DNA of 64,000 bases, taken from NCBI GenBank assembly GCA_964477085.1, contig CAYZDF010000005.1:1233-65232 (forward strand), given 5' to 3'. Under the pieces are notes generated by a model. That model was not told where the DNA came from and ran no database searches. It saw nothing but the letters and a program-made list of their open reading frames with translations. Shown here in pieces: positions 19,657 to 28,837 of the stretch; the first letter of the stretch is position 1; the number at the start of each line of letters is the position of its first letter. Position numbers and translations under genes: made by a program. The stretch comes from an uncultured Gracilibacteraceae bacterium. GTDB taxonomy: Bacteria; Bacillota; Desulfitobacteriia; Desulfitobacteriales; Syntrophobotulaceae.

Positions 19657-21306
19657 CTAAATATGTTTAAGTAAATATCTCACCTGCTTAACGGTGTCTT
19701 CGGTGATATTGCTTTCTCCGCCAATGACTTTAAGATTGGTAGATGCCGGCATAGTTCTTAGATATTGCTCTGTCGGACCATTGATAGTGAAACCCAGTGG
19801 GGAAACGAGTAATAGACACGCATTTCGTGTCGCTGCTAAAGCACCAGCTGCCAAAGGGTCAGTATAACTTTGTCCGGTAGCAATAAAGATTTCCTCTGTT
19901 CTGGGGTAGAAGGTCTGGGCGATTTTCACAGAAGTCTCATACCGGTTACTGCCTTGAATTCTAACGATGCTTTCATTAGAAGCACCTGATATCTGAGCAA
20001 TCTGTTCAACGACTTTGGTCGATACGGCCGCTTCTCCTCCGGCAATATATAACTTATTGGGCAAGAGCTGCTGAATCATATTTTTAGTCACTTCGGGTAT
20101 TTCTTGAGATGTGACCAATAAAAGCGGCATATCCCCACTGGCTGCAGCTGAAGCAAGGCTTAAAGCATCAGGAAAATCCATACCGGTAGCGACAGCTAAT
20201 CCATTTTCTTTGGGGAATTGCTGAGCGATCAGGGCTGATGTCTCAAATCTGTTCTGTCCGGCAATTCTCTCAATCGTACTTTCCCAATAAAGAACCTCAT
20301 CCAGCTTACTCTCGACTGCACTGCTGACTGCACCTTCTCCGCCGAGAATGATAGCCTTAAGTGGTTTAAGTTTTTGAAGGACTTCAATAACCTCTTCGTT
20401 TAGTTCATTGGGATCCGTTATCAGAATGGGTGCATTATTCATCTTTGCCAGGGGCACACCGGATAAAGCATCCGGAAAATCGTCGGAACGTGTAATAATC
20501 ACGGTCTCAGTGCCATAGGGCCAACCGTCTAAAGCGATTTGATTAACGGTATCAATCCTGTTCTGTCCCGCGATTCGGTAATAGGACCCAAGCGCAGCTC
20601 CACGGCTGGGGTCATCCCCGACACCAACATTTAAATCACCCAGAATATATGGTTCAGGTGTATTCCAGGTCTGACTTTTCTTAGGTACAGTCCCTAAGGG
20701 AATAAGCTCCGGCGGGATGGGCGTGATCTGAACGGCTGTTACCACTCCTGAGTAATACTCGGTGGCTGCTTTTCTTATAATGGCATCCTGGTAGGCCACT
20801 TTCCCCCGGGCCGCTGCATTATTGGGATTATTGACCGTCCCCCAGCTGTTATAAGCCCAAAGGGCGAAATACCAATTCTCCAGCTTGTTACGGTCTCCAT
20901 CTCCGATCTTGGGAACCATGTTCCACTTAGCATTCAAGAGGTCAGCACCGTATGCAATATTGAAATCAATATCATATTTCAATTTATTTACGAGTTCGGT
21001 ATCGTCGGGATTATAGCTGGTTACCTGCATAATTCCTAGTCCTGGACGCGGTCCGGCATTATTGGTCACGACGTTGCCATTCTTGTCAAATTGTCTCCAA
21101 CCTGTCTCGCAAAAAGCAATAGCCTTCAAAATAACACTGGGTATACCCTTTGATCGGGATATAATCTCTATTTTACGCGCAGTTTCTTCTAAGGATGGAT
21201 TCTGATAAGCCTGAATCTCAGCCCCCTGGATGGGACTGGCGTAAAAGGGCAAAACCAAAAGCACTGCCAGCAGAACTACCAGCAACCTTGGTTTTCTTTT
21301 AGACAT
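19657..21306 (-). CDS. Paralogous secreted SLT-like + 3 x CWB2 cell-wall protein
   Basis: Same architecture and collinear similarity to 17652..19304 (AIAFCETGWRQF, LGIMQV, NIAYGADLL, CWB2 repeats). RBS GAAGGAG. Confidence 0.7.
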   Translation of the reverse strand: MSKRKPRLLVVLLAVLLVLPFYASPIQGAEIQAYQNPSLEETARKIEIISRSKGIPSVILKAIAFCETGWRQFDKNGNVVTNNAGPRPGLGIMQVTSYNPDDTELVNKLKYDIDFNIAYGADLLNAKWNMVPKIGDGDRNKLENWYFALWAYNSWGTVNNPNNAAARGKVAYQDAIIRKAATEYYSGVVTAVQITPIPPELIPLGTVPKKSQTWNTPEPYILGDLNVGVGDDPSRGAALGSYYRIAGQNRIDTVNQIALDGWPYGTETVIITRSDDFPDALSGVPLAKMNNAPILITDPNELNEEVIEVLQKLKPLKAIILGGEGAVSSAVESKLDEVLYWESTIERIAGQNRFETSALIAQQFPKENGLAVATGMDFPDALSLASAAASGDMPLLLVTSQEIPEVTKNMIQQLLPNKLYIAGGEAAVSTKVVEQIAQISGASNESIVRIQGSNRYETSVKIAQTFYPRTEEIFIATGQSYTDPLAAGALAATRNACLLLVSPLGFTINGPTEQYLRTMPASTNLKVIGGESNITEDTVKQVRYLLKHI

Positions 21307-21378
21307 CTTACTCTCTCCTTCAAAATTATACTATTAAGCTGGACACTCAATCGCAGAAACCATAAAGTTGAACAAATA

Positions 21379-21412
21379 ATAACAACTTAAGAGTTATATC
21401 TTAAGTTGTTAT
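21379..21412 (-). terminator. Hairpin terminator candidate
   Basis: Perfect 13-bp stem ATAACAACTTAAG / CTTAAGTTGTTAT with an 8-nt loop. T-rich tail on the minus strand. Confidence 0.5.
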
Positions 21413-21446
21413 ATTTCGCCATTTTCTTATTATTTCCTGCCAAGGG

Positions 21447-22109
21447 TTAAATCACAGTTTCTCCCGTGATCATCCATTTGGAATCTATCTTAACAAGATT
21501 AGCTCTGACATGAACGAAGTGTTCGAACTTTTCACCGACAGGATATTCTTCATCGAGATCAAAATCACTGACTGTATACCTATAGATGGCGTTGACTGTC
21601 GCTGAATATTTATCAGCTGATTCAATATCCACATCATCAAAACTCACATCACTGACATATAGACCTATTCCTTTAGAGATATACTTTTCAGCTTTTCTAA
21701 TATGACTTTCCATAATCTCCCCAGTGTAAGCACTGCCAATAGTTGATCTGAAAGTTGGCATATCCTTAACCTTCCAGGCATCAAACAGGATCCCTAGTGC
21801 CTGTTTATAATCTGAAACAATTCTGTCTTGTTCTGTTATGCTTATAGCAATTGAATTCTTATCCTGATCGCTGACGGAATTGTCCCCGGTCAGACTTCCT
21901 ATCCCTGCATCATGCCCTTTAATATTGGGATCAGGCAGTTCATATTTGGGAATATCAGCTTTCATAGCATTGACTTTCGCTGCATTTTCTTTCTCCGGTT
22001 GGTTTACACCCGGTTGAATACTTGATCCCAAATACATATGTCCCACAAAACCCAAAGCAATACCCAAACAAAATATTAAGATAGTCAGAAGCCAATACGT
22101 TTTACGCAT
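21447..22109 (-). CDS. N-terminally membrane-anchored protein, unknown function
   Basis: 220 aa with a single N-terminal TM helix (YWLLTILIFCLGIALGFVGHMYL) and a soluble C-terminal domain. No family recognised. Confidence 0.6.
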   Translation of the reverse strand: MRKTYWLLTILIFCLGIALGFVGHMYLGSSIQPGVNQPEKENAAKVNAMKADIPKYELPDPNIKGHDAGIGSLTGDNSVSDQDKNSIAISITEQDRIVSDYKQALGILFDAWKVKDMPTFRSTIGSAYTGEIMESHIRKAEKYISKGIGLYVSDVSFDDVDIESADKYSATVNAIYRYTVSDFDLDEEYPVGEKFEHFVHVRANLVKIDSKWMITGETVI

Positions 22110-22225
22110 TAAATCACAAGCCCCTCAAAATAAAAATTTATTACCATTATTTCCTTATCAAGGGGTTTTTAAACATCTTTCTTTCGACTTCTTATCTCGG
22201 GAACTATCCTAGAGATGACCACATA

Positions 22226-22278
22226 TAAAAAATGTTATCCGATTCTTCAGGGAGGTACTGAAGGGGATAACATTTTTT
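22226..22278. terminator. Bidirectional rho-independent terminator
   Basis: A-run, then ATGTTATCC-CTTCAG..CTGAAG-GGATAACAT nested stem, then T-run. Confidence 0.6.
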
Positions 22279-22449
22279 ATCATTTTAGTTATTTTTATTA
22301 TTTACTTTTGAAATCTTTTAGATACACCTTATTCCTTTTGATCCAGATCAGATCGGTGACACACATATATTTTGGAAAATACCTATATTTATTTTTTCCC
22401 CAGTCGCCCTAGACTCTCATAACGTCCCTGTAAAACCGGAGAAATAGAT

Positions 22450-23184
22450 CTATTCCGAGCGTTTGGTTGAGAATGGTGTAGCTCCGTACACTTTGGAGCT
22501 CATATCATCTCTGAATAGGTGTGTATCCAGATCGTGGATTTCGAGGTGGAACTGCTCTATCCTTATCTTGTCTTTGGTATCGAAAGCATCTACTCCTCGG
22601 TTGAGTAGATTCCGGAGATAGACATCAAAGGTGGCAGCCTGATTGGAATTTACCTCGTTTTCCATCTGTTTTTCCCACAGAGTCTTGTGGAAAATGATAT
22701 ACTTCTTGATATCCGATTCATTCATCTGAGGACCAGCAGTGATCCCAAAGAGATAACCATCAACATATTGATGAATATTCCAGGAAGCTCCGAAGGCCAG
22801 TGTTCTGGCTGCATCACTTAATGCTCCTTCGGTAAAATAATCTTCAATCGATGGAGCAAGGTTGATGAGGCTTAAATCTGGCTCCCTGTACTTCTTCATA
22901 CCAGCGGTATCTGTCCCAGAGTTGGGAGTTGTATCGGGCTTAGTCGCTGTTCCCCCAGTAGTTGGAGCAGAGTTCTCTCCGCCAGGAGATGCCTTATTAT
23001 CTCCCGCTTTTGGATCGGCATAATTAACGGGCGGGGTTTGGATTACGACCTGATCTTCGGGAACATCGGCCTGCCCACGGAATACTTTCCAAGCTGTGGG
23101 TCCATAAATACCGCCAACAATGATTGCCCCTGCAAGAACAATCGCTCCCGACAGGGTCAATACGCTTTTGCGGCTAAAGTTCAT
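22450..23184 (-). CDS. N-terminally membrane-anchored protein with Pro/Thr/Gly-rich linker, unknown function
   Basis: 244 aa, RBS AGGAGGG, TM helix VLTLSGAIVLAGAIIVGGIY followed by a low-complexity linker. No family recognised. Confidence 0.6.
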   Translation of the reverse strand: MNFSRKSVLTLSGAIVLAGAIIVGGIYGPTAWKVFRGQADVPEDQVVIQTPPVNYADPKAGDNKASPGGENSAPTTGGTATKPDTTPNSGTDTAGMKKYREPDLSLINLAPSIEDYFTEGALSDAARTLAFGASWNIHQYVDGYLFGITAGPQMNESDIKKYIIFHKTLWEKQMENEVNSNQAATFDVYLRNLLNRGVDAFDTKDKIRIEQFHLEIHDLDTHLFRDDMSSKVYGATPFSTKRSE

Positions 23185-23390
23185 TTTTTTCCCTCCTAAC
23201 TAAAGGTATTTTCTGTATAAGATTACCAATAATTAGGAGAAAAGCTTGTCGCATTGGGGCTGTCCAAACGTCTATTTTCCGTTACAGTCCGTTATTATCC
23301 GTCATTATCCTCAATGTGCGACCAAAACCAGGCATTTTGAGTAGATGTTTCATCAATATGCTCTAAATATTGTCCAAAGAATAATCCTGC

Positions 23391-24383
23391 TTACTGATTA
23401 TGATACTTACCGTCAGCAGTCTTTGAAGTTGGAATTTCTTGATTACTGGTGAAGGCTGAAAGATAGTCTGATGCTCGGGAAATAAGTCTTAATTCGTGAC
23501 CTTCAAGCTCATATCGATTTACGAGGTCTACCAAATATTTAATCAACCTCTCGCCGACTTCTTCGTGCCGAAGTGCAAATTCGATAGTCGCTCTGACAAA
23601 TCCAAGTTTGTCCCCAACATCATATCTCTTCCCCTCAAAATGATAAGCTAAAACATCCTGCTGCCTGCTCAACTTTAGAATCGCATCGGTTAATTGGATC
23701 TCTCCTCCTCTGCCGGGCGGGAGGTCAGCGATAATATCAAGGATCTCCGGGTTAAGAATGTAACGTCCCATGATAGCCAGCGGACAATCCGGGGCCTCTT
23801 CAATGGACGGTTTTTCTATCATATTATTGGACTTGTAGAGTCTGGGCGAAACCTTGCTTCCATCTACAATACCGTATTTGGAGACATCAATTCGAGGTAC
23901 TTCCTGCACACCAATAATATTACTTTCATAGAGTTCGTAGTACCGGATCATCTGCTTAAGACAGGGTTCTGCTGAGTAAATGACGTCATCACCCAAGAGG
24001 ACAGCAAAAGGCTCATTTCCTATGAATCTTCTTGCACTGTAAATGGCGTGACCTAAGCCAAGTGCCTCTTTTTGACGAACATAATGAATATCGACCATGT
24101 CTGCGATGTTTTTTACCATGTCCAGAAGCTCTAATTTATCACTTTTTTCTAAGAAAACTTCCAGCTCCACTGAGCGATCAAAGTGATCTTCAATGGCTCT
24201 TTTATTTCTTCCGGTAACAATGATGACATCTTCAATACCTGATTGTACCGCTTCCTCAATAATATACTGGATCGTTGGTTTATCAACGATAGGAAGCATT
24301 TCCTTGGGTTGAGCTTTGGTTGCAGGAAGAAATCTTGTCCCCAAACCTGCAGCAGGTATGACTGCTTTGCGAATTTTGCTCAA
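23391..24383 (-). CDS. galU: UTP--glucose-1-phosphate uridylyltransferase
   Basis: KAVIPAAGLGTRFLPATKAQPKEMLPIVDKPTIQYIIEE is the canonical GalU N-terminus. TTG start with RBS AGGAGG. Roughly 40-aa C-terminal extension. Confidence 0.9.
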   Translation of the reverse strand: MSKIRKAVIPAAGLGTRFLPATKAQPKEMLPIVDKPTIQYIIEEAVQSGIEDVIIVTGRNKRAIEDHFDRSVELEVFLEKSDKLELLDMVKNIADMVDIHYVRQKEALGLGHAIYSARRFIGNEPFAVLLGDDVIYSAEPCLKQMIRYYELYESNIIGVQEVPRIDVSKYGIVDGSKVSPRLYKSNNMIEKPSIEEAPDCPLAIMGRYILNPEILDIIADLPPGRGGEIQLTDAILKLSRQQDVLAYHFEGKRYDVGDKLGFVRATIEFALRHEEVGERLIKYLVDLVNRYELEGHELRLISRASDYLSAFTSNQEIPTSKTADGKYHNQ

Positions 24384-24457
24384 GATACTTCCTCCTTTTA
24401 TTCGTTTTACTTTATGTTTATCACTACTCTAAGTAGTATGACAGGTTTTGTTGAATT

Positions 24458-24482
24458 TTATGAAATTTAAAAAGCGCAGACT
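24458..24482 (-). terminator. Rho-independent terminator downstream of clpP
   Basis: Minus strand reads AGCGCAG gtaagt CTGCGCT TTTTAAATTT. Confidence 0.6.
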
Positions 24483-24623
24483 TACCTGCGCTTCTCTGTC
24501 TTTTAATGATGAATGGAAATTCAAACGATGTTTTTGTTTAGCTTATTTCCCATAAAAACTTAGAACATTGATTCCAAATATTTAAATACTGTTTAGATTG
24601 GCCTGTCTAACTGGAATTGGATT

Positions 24624-25247
24624 TTATTTCAGTTTCTTTTTAGGATCAAGCGTCGCGGCTTTCTCTAATATCTGGTCGACCAGACCATATTCCTGTGCTT
24701 CCTCTGCAGACATATAGTAATCACGATCGGTGTCTTTTTCAATTCTCTCCAAAGGCTGTCCTGTTCTTTCACTTAAAATCTTATTGAGTTTAGCTTTAAT
24801 CTTAAGTAATTGCTTGGCATGTATTTCAATTTCCGTTGCCTGACCGGAGAGACCCGAACCAGCGATCAACGGTTGATGGATAAGAATCTCAGAATTAGGC
24901 AAAGCCGTACGTTTACCTTTAGCACCGGCAGCCAACAGGAAAGCTCCCATGCTGGCAGCCATTCCGACGCAGATGGTTTGAACATCAGTTCCGATGTATT
25001 GCATTGTATCATAAATAGCCATTCCAGCAGTAATTGATCCACCAGGACTGTTAATATAAAGGAAAATGTCCTTCTCCGGATCTTCAGCGTATAAGAATAA
25101 CATCTGTGCGATAACAACGTTGGCCACAGCGTCATCGATAGGCCCACCCAAGAAGATGATGCGATCTTTAAGAAGTCTGGAATAGATATCATAAGAACGC
25201 TCACCGCGGTTGGTTTGTTCAACGACCATTGGAATTAAATAACTCAT
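24624..25247 (-). CDS. clpP: ATP-dependent Clp protease proteolytic subunit
   Basis: [31 protein letters not shown]...[11 protein letters not shown] (Ser nucleophile)...IHQP (His). Start chosen at the Met 8 nt after GGGGG; the ORF track start at 25262 is a TTG. Confidence 0.92.
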   Translation of the reverse strand: MSYLIPMVVEQTNRGERSYDIYSRLLKDRIIFLGGPIDDAVANVVIAQMLFLYAEDPEKDIFLYINSPGGSITAGMAIYDTMQYIGTDVQTICVGMAASMGAFLLAAGAKGKRTALPNSEILIHQPLIAGSGLSGQATEIEIHAKQLLKIKAKLNKILSERTGQPLERIEKDTDRDYYMSAEEAQEYGLVDQILEKAATLDPKKKLK

Positions 25248-25305
25248 GCTCATTACCCCCAAAGTATTCTAGATAGTATTATTGGATATTCTTATTTTAG
25301 TACAA

Positions 25306-25323
25306 AGGTCAATAAAGGTCAAA
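25306..25323. promoter_or_regulatory. CtsR operator (class III heat-shock repressor box)
   Basis: AGGTCAATAAAGGTCAAA matches the tandem heptad consensus A/GGTCAAA-NAN-A/GGTCAAA. Lies about 60-75 nt upstream of clpP in the clpP/hsp20 divergent gap. Confidence 0.7.
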
Positions 25324-25485
25324 TATTTCGTGCTCATATTTGAATTTTTTCTTTTATTTTTTTTTTGATACAACTATAAACTTACCATTCCACAACTAAC
25401 TTAAACATCCTTTTCAAACTGCATATTATTCACTCCGCAGGGAAAAATATTTTCAGAAATTTATTAAGTTCTGGAGGTAAGGTTA

Positions 25486-25932
25486 ATGAACATGATCCCT
25501 TTCGAAACCATGCGAAATATTGATAACATCAGACGAGAGATCGACCGGGTTTACCGCTTCCCTTTCTCCTTCTTCGAAGACAATTTCTCACAACATCTAA
25601 CTCTTCCCTATACGGATGTCTATGAAACGGATGAAGAGATCATTGTATCCTGTGATCTTCCAGGTCTGCAACGGAGAGAAGATGTGAATATCCACATACA
25701 AGGTAAAGAGCTAACAATCAGCGGTACGTTGAACCGGGAACAACATGTCATTCAGGAAGATCGTATGCACCGCAAAGAAAGATTCACCGGACAATTCCGC
25801 CGTTCACTTGCACTTCCTGCTAATGTTTCCAGTGAACATGTGAGAGCCATCTATAAGAATGGCGTGCTCAATATCTTCCTGCCAAAGTCAAGCTCAGGTG
25901 AGAAGAAAAGCGTCAACATTGATTTTCAATAA
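25486..25932 (+). CDS. Small heat-shock protein, Hsp20/alpha-crystallin family
   Basis: 148 aa. TDVYETDEEIIVSCDLPG...GTL...ERFTGQFRRSLALP...AIYKNGVLNIFLPK alpha-crystallin core. RBS GGAGG. Confidence 0.88.
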   Translation: MNMIPFETMRNIDNIRREIDRVYRFPFSFFEDNFSQHLTLPYTDVYETDEEIIVSCDLPGLQRREDVNIHIQGKELTISGTLNREQHVIQEDRMHRKERFTGQFRRSLALPANVSSEHVRAIYKNGVLNIFLPKSSSGEKKSVNIDFQ

Positions 25933-25948
25933 CCATTAAAGTCAATCT

Positions 25949-26006
25949 GAACAGCATGGTATGAAGGCTCCATAAAACAACTTCAACACCGTGCTGTTCT
26001 TTTTTA
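25949..26006 (+). terminator. Rho-independent terminator after hsp20
   Basis: GAACAGCATGGT ... ACCGTGCTGTTC stem (one G-U pair) followed by TTTTTT. Confidence 0.6.
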
Positions 26007-26084
26007 CATGCTTTTGATACCATCTGCAATTAATAGATATTGAAGTAGATAAGGTGTATTTTTTTCTATTCTCAAAGAATAAGC

Positions 26085-26111
26085 TTGTTTCTCTTTCCAA
26101 CCTGCTATAAT
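26085..26111 (+). promoter_or_regulatory. Candidate sigma-A promoter (extended -10)
   Basis: TTGTTT - 15 nt - TGcTATAAT. Leaves a roughly 220-nt leader before the nucleotidyltransferase gene. Confidence 0.35.
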
Positions 26112-26331
26112 ATGGTCATAGATGAAAACACTGCTACATACTCTTCCTTTCTATCGCAGGTGCTATGAGATATACTTAACAATATTTTAATGCAATGTTA
26201 ATAGGATGATAAACACCTTTTGGTATTATAACTCTAATAAGGAATAAAAGTTAAGCGCAAAAAAATTAGACCATTCCTTAGACAAATTCTTTTTGAGAAG
26301 ATTATAAAAATGTTTGAAGATGGTGATATCA

Positions 26332-27402
26332 ATGAAAGCCATGATCATGGCAGCAGGGATCGGAACAAGGCTTAGGCCTTTAACCGACCCTATACCTAAA
26401 CCTATGGTGCCAATTTTGAATACACCTGTAATGGAATACGCCGTTAAACTACTTCGGATGCATGGAATTAAGGAGATTATCACCAACACGCATTACCAAC
26501 CCAAATATATTACAGATTATTTCGGCCAAGGTCAAGATTTTGGGGTAGAGCTTCAATACTCCTATGAAGAAGAGCTATTGGGAACTGCCGGCGGCGTCAA
26601 AAATAACAGAGATTTTCTTGATCAAACCTTTTTTGTCCTAAGTGGTGACGCCTTAACTGATATTAACCTGACTGAAATGTATCAGTTCCACAAAGAGAAC
26701 CGTTCCCTGGCCACTATAGCTCTTAAAGCTGTTAAAATTGTTTCCGATTATGGGGTTGTAGTTACAGACCCATCAGGAAAAATCAAGGCTTTTCAAGAAA
26801 AGCCCAAACCAGCAGAAGCATTGAGCCAGGTTGCGAATACCGGAATTTATTTGTTTGAACCCGAGATTTTCGATTTTATTCCCGATGGATTCTATGATTT
26901 CGGTCGTGAACTTTTCCCTAAACTTTTGGAGATGCAAGTTCCTTTCTATGGCTTTGAAACCAGTGACTATTGGTGTGATATCGGTGCCATCAATGTGTAT
27001 CAAAAAGCACACCGAGATACGTTAGGCCGGCCACTTTTAAAGAATATGGTTAGTAAAGACAGCATATTCAATATTAGCAAATATTGTTTAGCCGGTATCA
27101 ATTCGACGATTGATCTTAGTGCTAAAATTAGCAATAATGTATTTATCGGTAAGAATTGTAACATCGGCCAGCGCGCATCCCTCAAAAACTGCATTATATG
27201 GGATAACTGTACATTACTGGAAAACGTCATAATCGAAAATGCTATCATTGGTATGAACTGTTTCATTGGAGCAAATTCCATCATAAAAGGTCATTCCGTT
27301 ATTGGTAATAGCGTCCTAATCGGTAAGGATATCCTGATTTCTAAAAATAGATCTATTGACTCGGATGCTATCATCCTGACAGGAAAGGCTGCCTCAGCTT
27401 AA
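26332..27402 (+). CDS. Sugar-1-phosphate nucleotidyltransferase with C-terminal hexapeptide-repeat domain (GlmU/GMPP-like architecture)
   Basis: MKAMIMAAGIGTRLRPLTDPIPKPMVPI signature and a C-terminal left-handed beta-helix (IGKNCNIGQRASLKNCIIWDNCTLLENVIIENAIIG). Start set at the Met preceding the G-x-G-T-R-L motif. Confidence 0.8.
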   Translation: MKAMIMAAGIGTRLRPLTDPIPKPMVPILNTPVMEYAVKLLRMHGIKEIITNTHYQPKYITDYFGQGQDFGVELQYSYEEELLGTAGGVKNNRDFLDQTFFVLSGDALTDINLTEMYQFHKENRSLATIALKAVKIVSDYGVVVTDPSGKIKAFQEKPKPAEALSQVANTGIYLFEPEIFDFIPDGFYDFGRELFPKLLEMQVPFYGFETSDYWCDIGAINVYQKAHRDTLGRPLLKNMVSKDSIFNISKYCLAGINSTIDLSAKISNNVFIGKNCNIGQRASLKNCIIWDNCTLLENVIIENAIIGMNCFIGANSIIKGHSVIGNSVLIGKDILISKNRSIDSDAIILTGKAASA

Positions 27403-27448
27403 TACATAAAGGATAAGGTACAAACTCTTTTAAGAGGGGGTAAAGAAA

Positions 27449-28576
27449 ATGTCAAATGTTTTGATTCTCACTGCTTCTACCGGAAACGGACATAATCAAG
27501 CCGCATGCTGTTTAAAGAATGAACTTGAATTATCCGGCTACACCGTCCATATCGCTGAGCCTTTGAAGGAAGAAGGTAAAATGATGGAGTTGCTTATCGA
27601 TGATGGGTATAATATCCTGGCTACAAAGTTACCAAAAATGTATGGCAAAATCTATAAGATAACAGGTCATAAGTTTGTCAACAAGGGTGTTGTTACCTTT
27701 TTTAATCTAACCTTAAGCAGTACGGTGTACGAACTGATTAAGCAATATAAGCCTGATCTACTCATCTGTACGCATCCTCTTCTCGTTAATGTTGTTTCTT
27801 TCCTTAAAGCCAGCGGAAGGATTAGCTTGCCTTTTATCGCCATTGTGACCGATTACATGGCGCATCGGTTCTACGTCAATCAATACGTTGATGCCTATAT
27901 CGTTGGTTCTAGCTTCACAAAGGATACGCTCATTGAAAAGGGTGTATCTGAGAGCAAGATCTATACATACGGTATACCTATCCGTAAGGAATTCCGCCAA
28001 CCACGCAAAGTAAGCAAGGATAAACCCTTTACGATCCTTGTCATGGGCGGAAGCATGGGGATATCTTATATTAAAAAATGTTTGGAAAAACTCGTTACTA
28101 ATCCGTATCCTTTTAGAGTACTGGTGGTCTGTGGCAACAACCATAAGCTTAGAAATGAATTAGAAGCGAAATACAGCGGCACCATAATTGGTAAAGAGGT
28201 CAAAATTTTTGGATTTACGCGTAATGTCCCGGAACTGATGGATGAATCTGACGTCATTGTCACCAAACCGGGTGGACTTACCGTAACAGAGGCTATCAAT
28301 AAAAATATCCCTATCATTATTCCCTTCTTTATCCCTGGACAAGAAGAAGAAAATACTGAAATTCTCGTTAAAGCTGGTGTTGCGGTAAGTGTCACAAATA
28401 CTGTGGAACTAAATAACATCATCAGCCGTTTTTATGAACAACCATACCTCCTTGAGGAGATGAGTGCTAAAGCAGTAGAAATCGCCAAAGACTTATCTCC
28501 GGACAGTATTGTTCAACTTGCTGACAGGCTATTATTCCATCACCAGCATTTGGTTCAATTGAGCCAGAGTATCTAG
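27449..28576 (+). CDS. Diacylglycerol glycosyltransferase (MGDG synthase/UgtP-like, GT28)
   Basis: MSNVLILTASTGNGHNQAA is the typical UgtP/MGDG-synthase N-terminus, with a C-terminal KPGGLTVTEA motif. RBS GAGGGGG. Confidence 0.8.
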   Translation: MSNVLILTASTGNGHNQAACCLKNELELSGYTVHIAEPLKEEGKMMELLIDDGYNILATKLPKMYGKIYKITGHKFVNKGVVTFFNLTLSSTVYELIKQYKPDLLICTHPLLVNVVSFLKASGRISLPFIAIVTDYMAHRFYVNQYVDAYIVGSSFTKDTLIEKGVSESKIYTYGIPIRKEFRQPRKVSKDKPFTILVMGGSMGISYIKKCLEKLVTNPYPFRVLVVCGNNHKLRNELEAKYSGTIIGKEVKIFGFTRNVPELMDESDVIVTKPGGLTVTEAINKNIPIIIPFFIPGQEEENTEILVKAGVAVSVTNTVELNNIISRFYEQPYLLEEMSAKAVEIAKDLSPDSIVQLADRLLFHHQHLVQLSQSI

Positions 28577-28634
28577 TTTTAGAATGTCGGATAAGCACAT
28601 GATTGGACAGATCGACTGAAGAGTTGACAAAGGG

Positions 28635-28665
28635 CTATACCGCAAGGTATAGTTCCTTTTTTTTT
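28635..28665 (+). terminator. Rho-independent terminator (last host feature before the prophage)
   Basis: CTATACC gcaa GGTATAG followed by a T9 run. Confidence 0.7.
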
Positions 28666-28686
28666 ATGATAAGATGGAATATAATA

Positions 28687-28736
28687 TGTAGCTTCGCAAA
28701 AATTTCTGCAAAAGTTTTCAGCCTTTTTCGCAAAAG
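28687..28736. repeat. Putative prophage right end with repeated transposase-binding-like motifs
   Basis: TGTAGCTTCGCAAAAA at 28687-28702, i.e. ...CA-3' in phage orientation. TTCGCAAAA(A/G) at 28693 and 28727, and the related CTGCAAAAG at 28706. Confidence 0.5.
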
Positions 28737-28780
28737 TAATTTACTGAACTAATTTTTTTCTTTCCTATATTTATGTATCC

Positions 28781-28814
28781 TACCCCAAAGGTAAGCTCAA
28801 TTCTCCTTGGGGTA
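28781..28814 (-). terminator. Hairpin downstream of the last late gene (weak terminator candidate)
   Basis: TACCCCAAAGG ... CCTTGGGGTA stem. No clean U-tract on the minus strand. Confidence 0.3.
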
Positions 28815-28837
28815 TATTTATAATACTAGATACGCCT

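Noticed and set aside
22215-22412. 65-aa plus-strand ORF in the gap between the two anchored-protein genes
   Set aside because: It has no RBS and low-complexity AT-rich coding sequence. Its 5' part is the bidirectional terminator hairpin.
25263-25485. Search for a CIRCE (HrcA) inverted repeat upstream of hsp20
   Set aside because: No TTAGCACTC-N9-GAGTGCTAA-like element is present. Only the CtsR box is recognisable.
26226-26489. 87-aa minus-strand ORF overlapping the start of the nucleotidyltransferase gene
   Set aside because: It is antisense to a confidently identified gene and lies in a promoter/leader region. It has no RBS.
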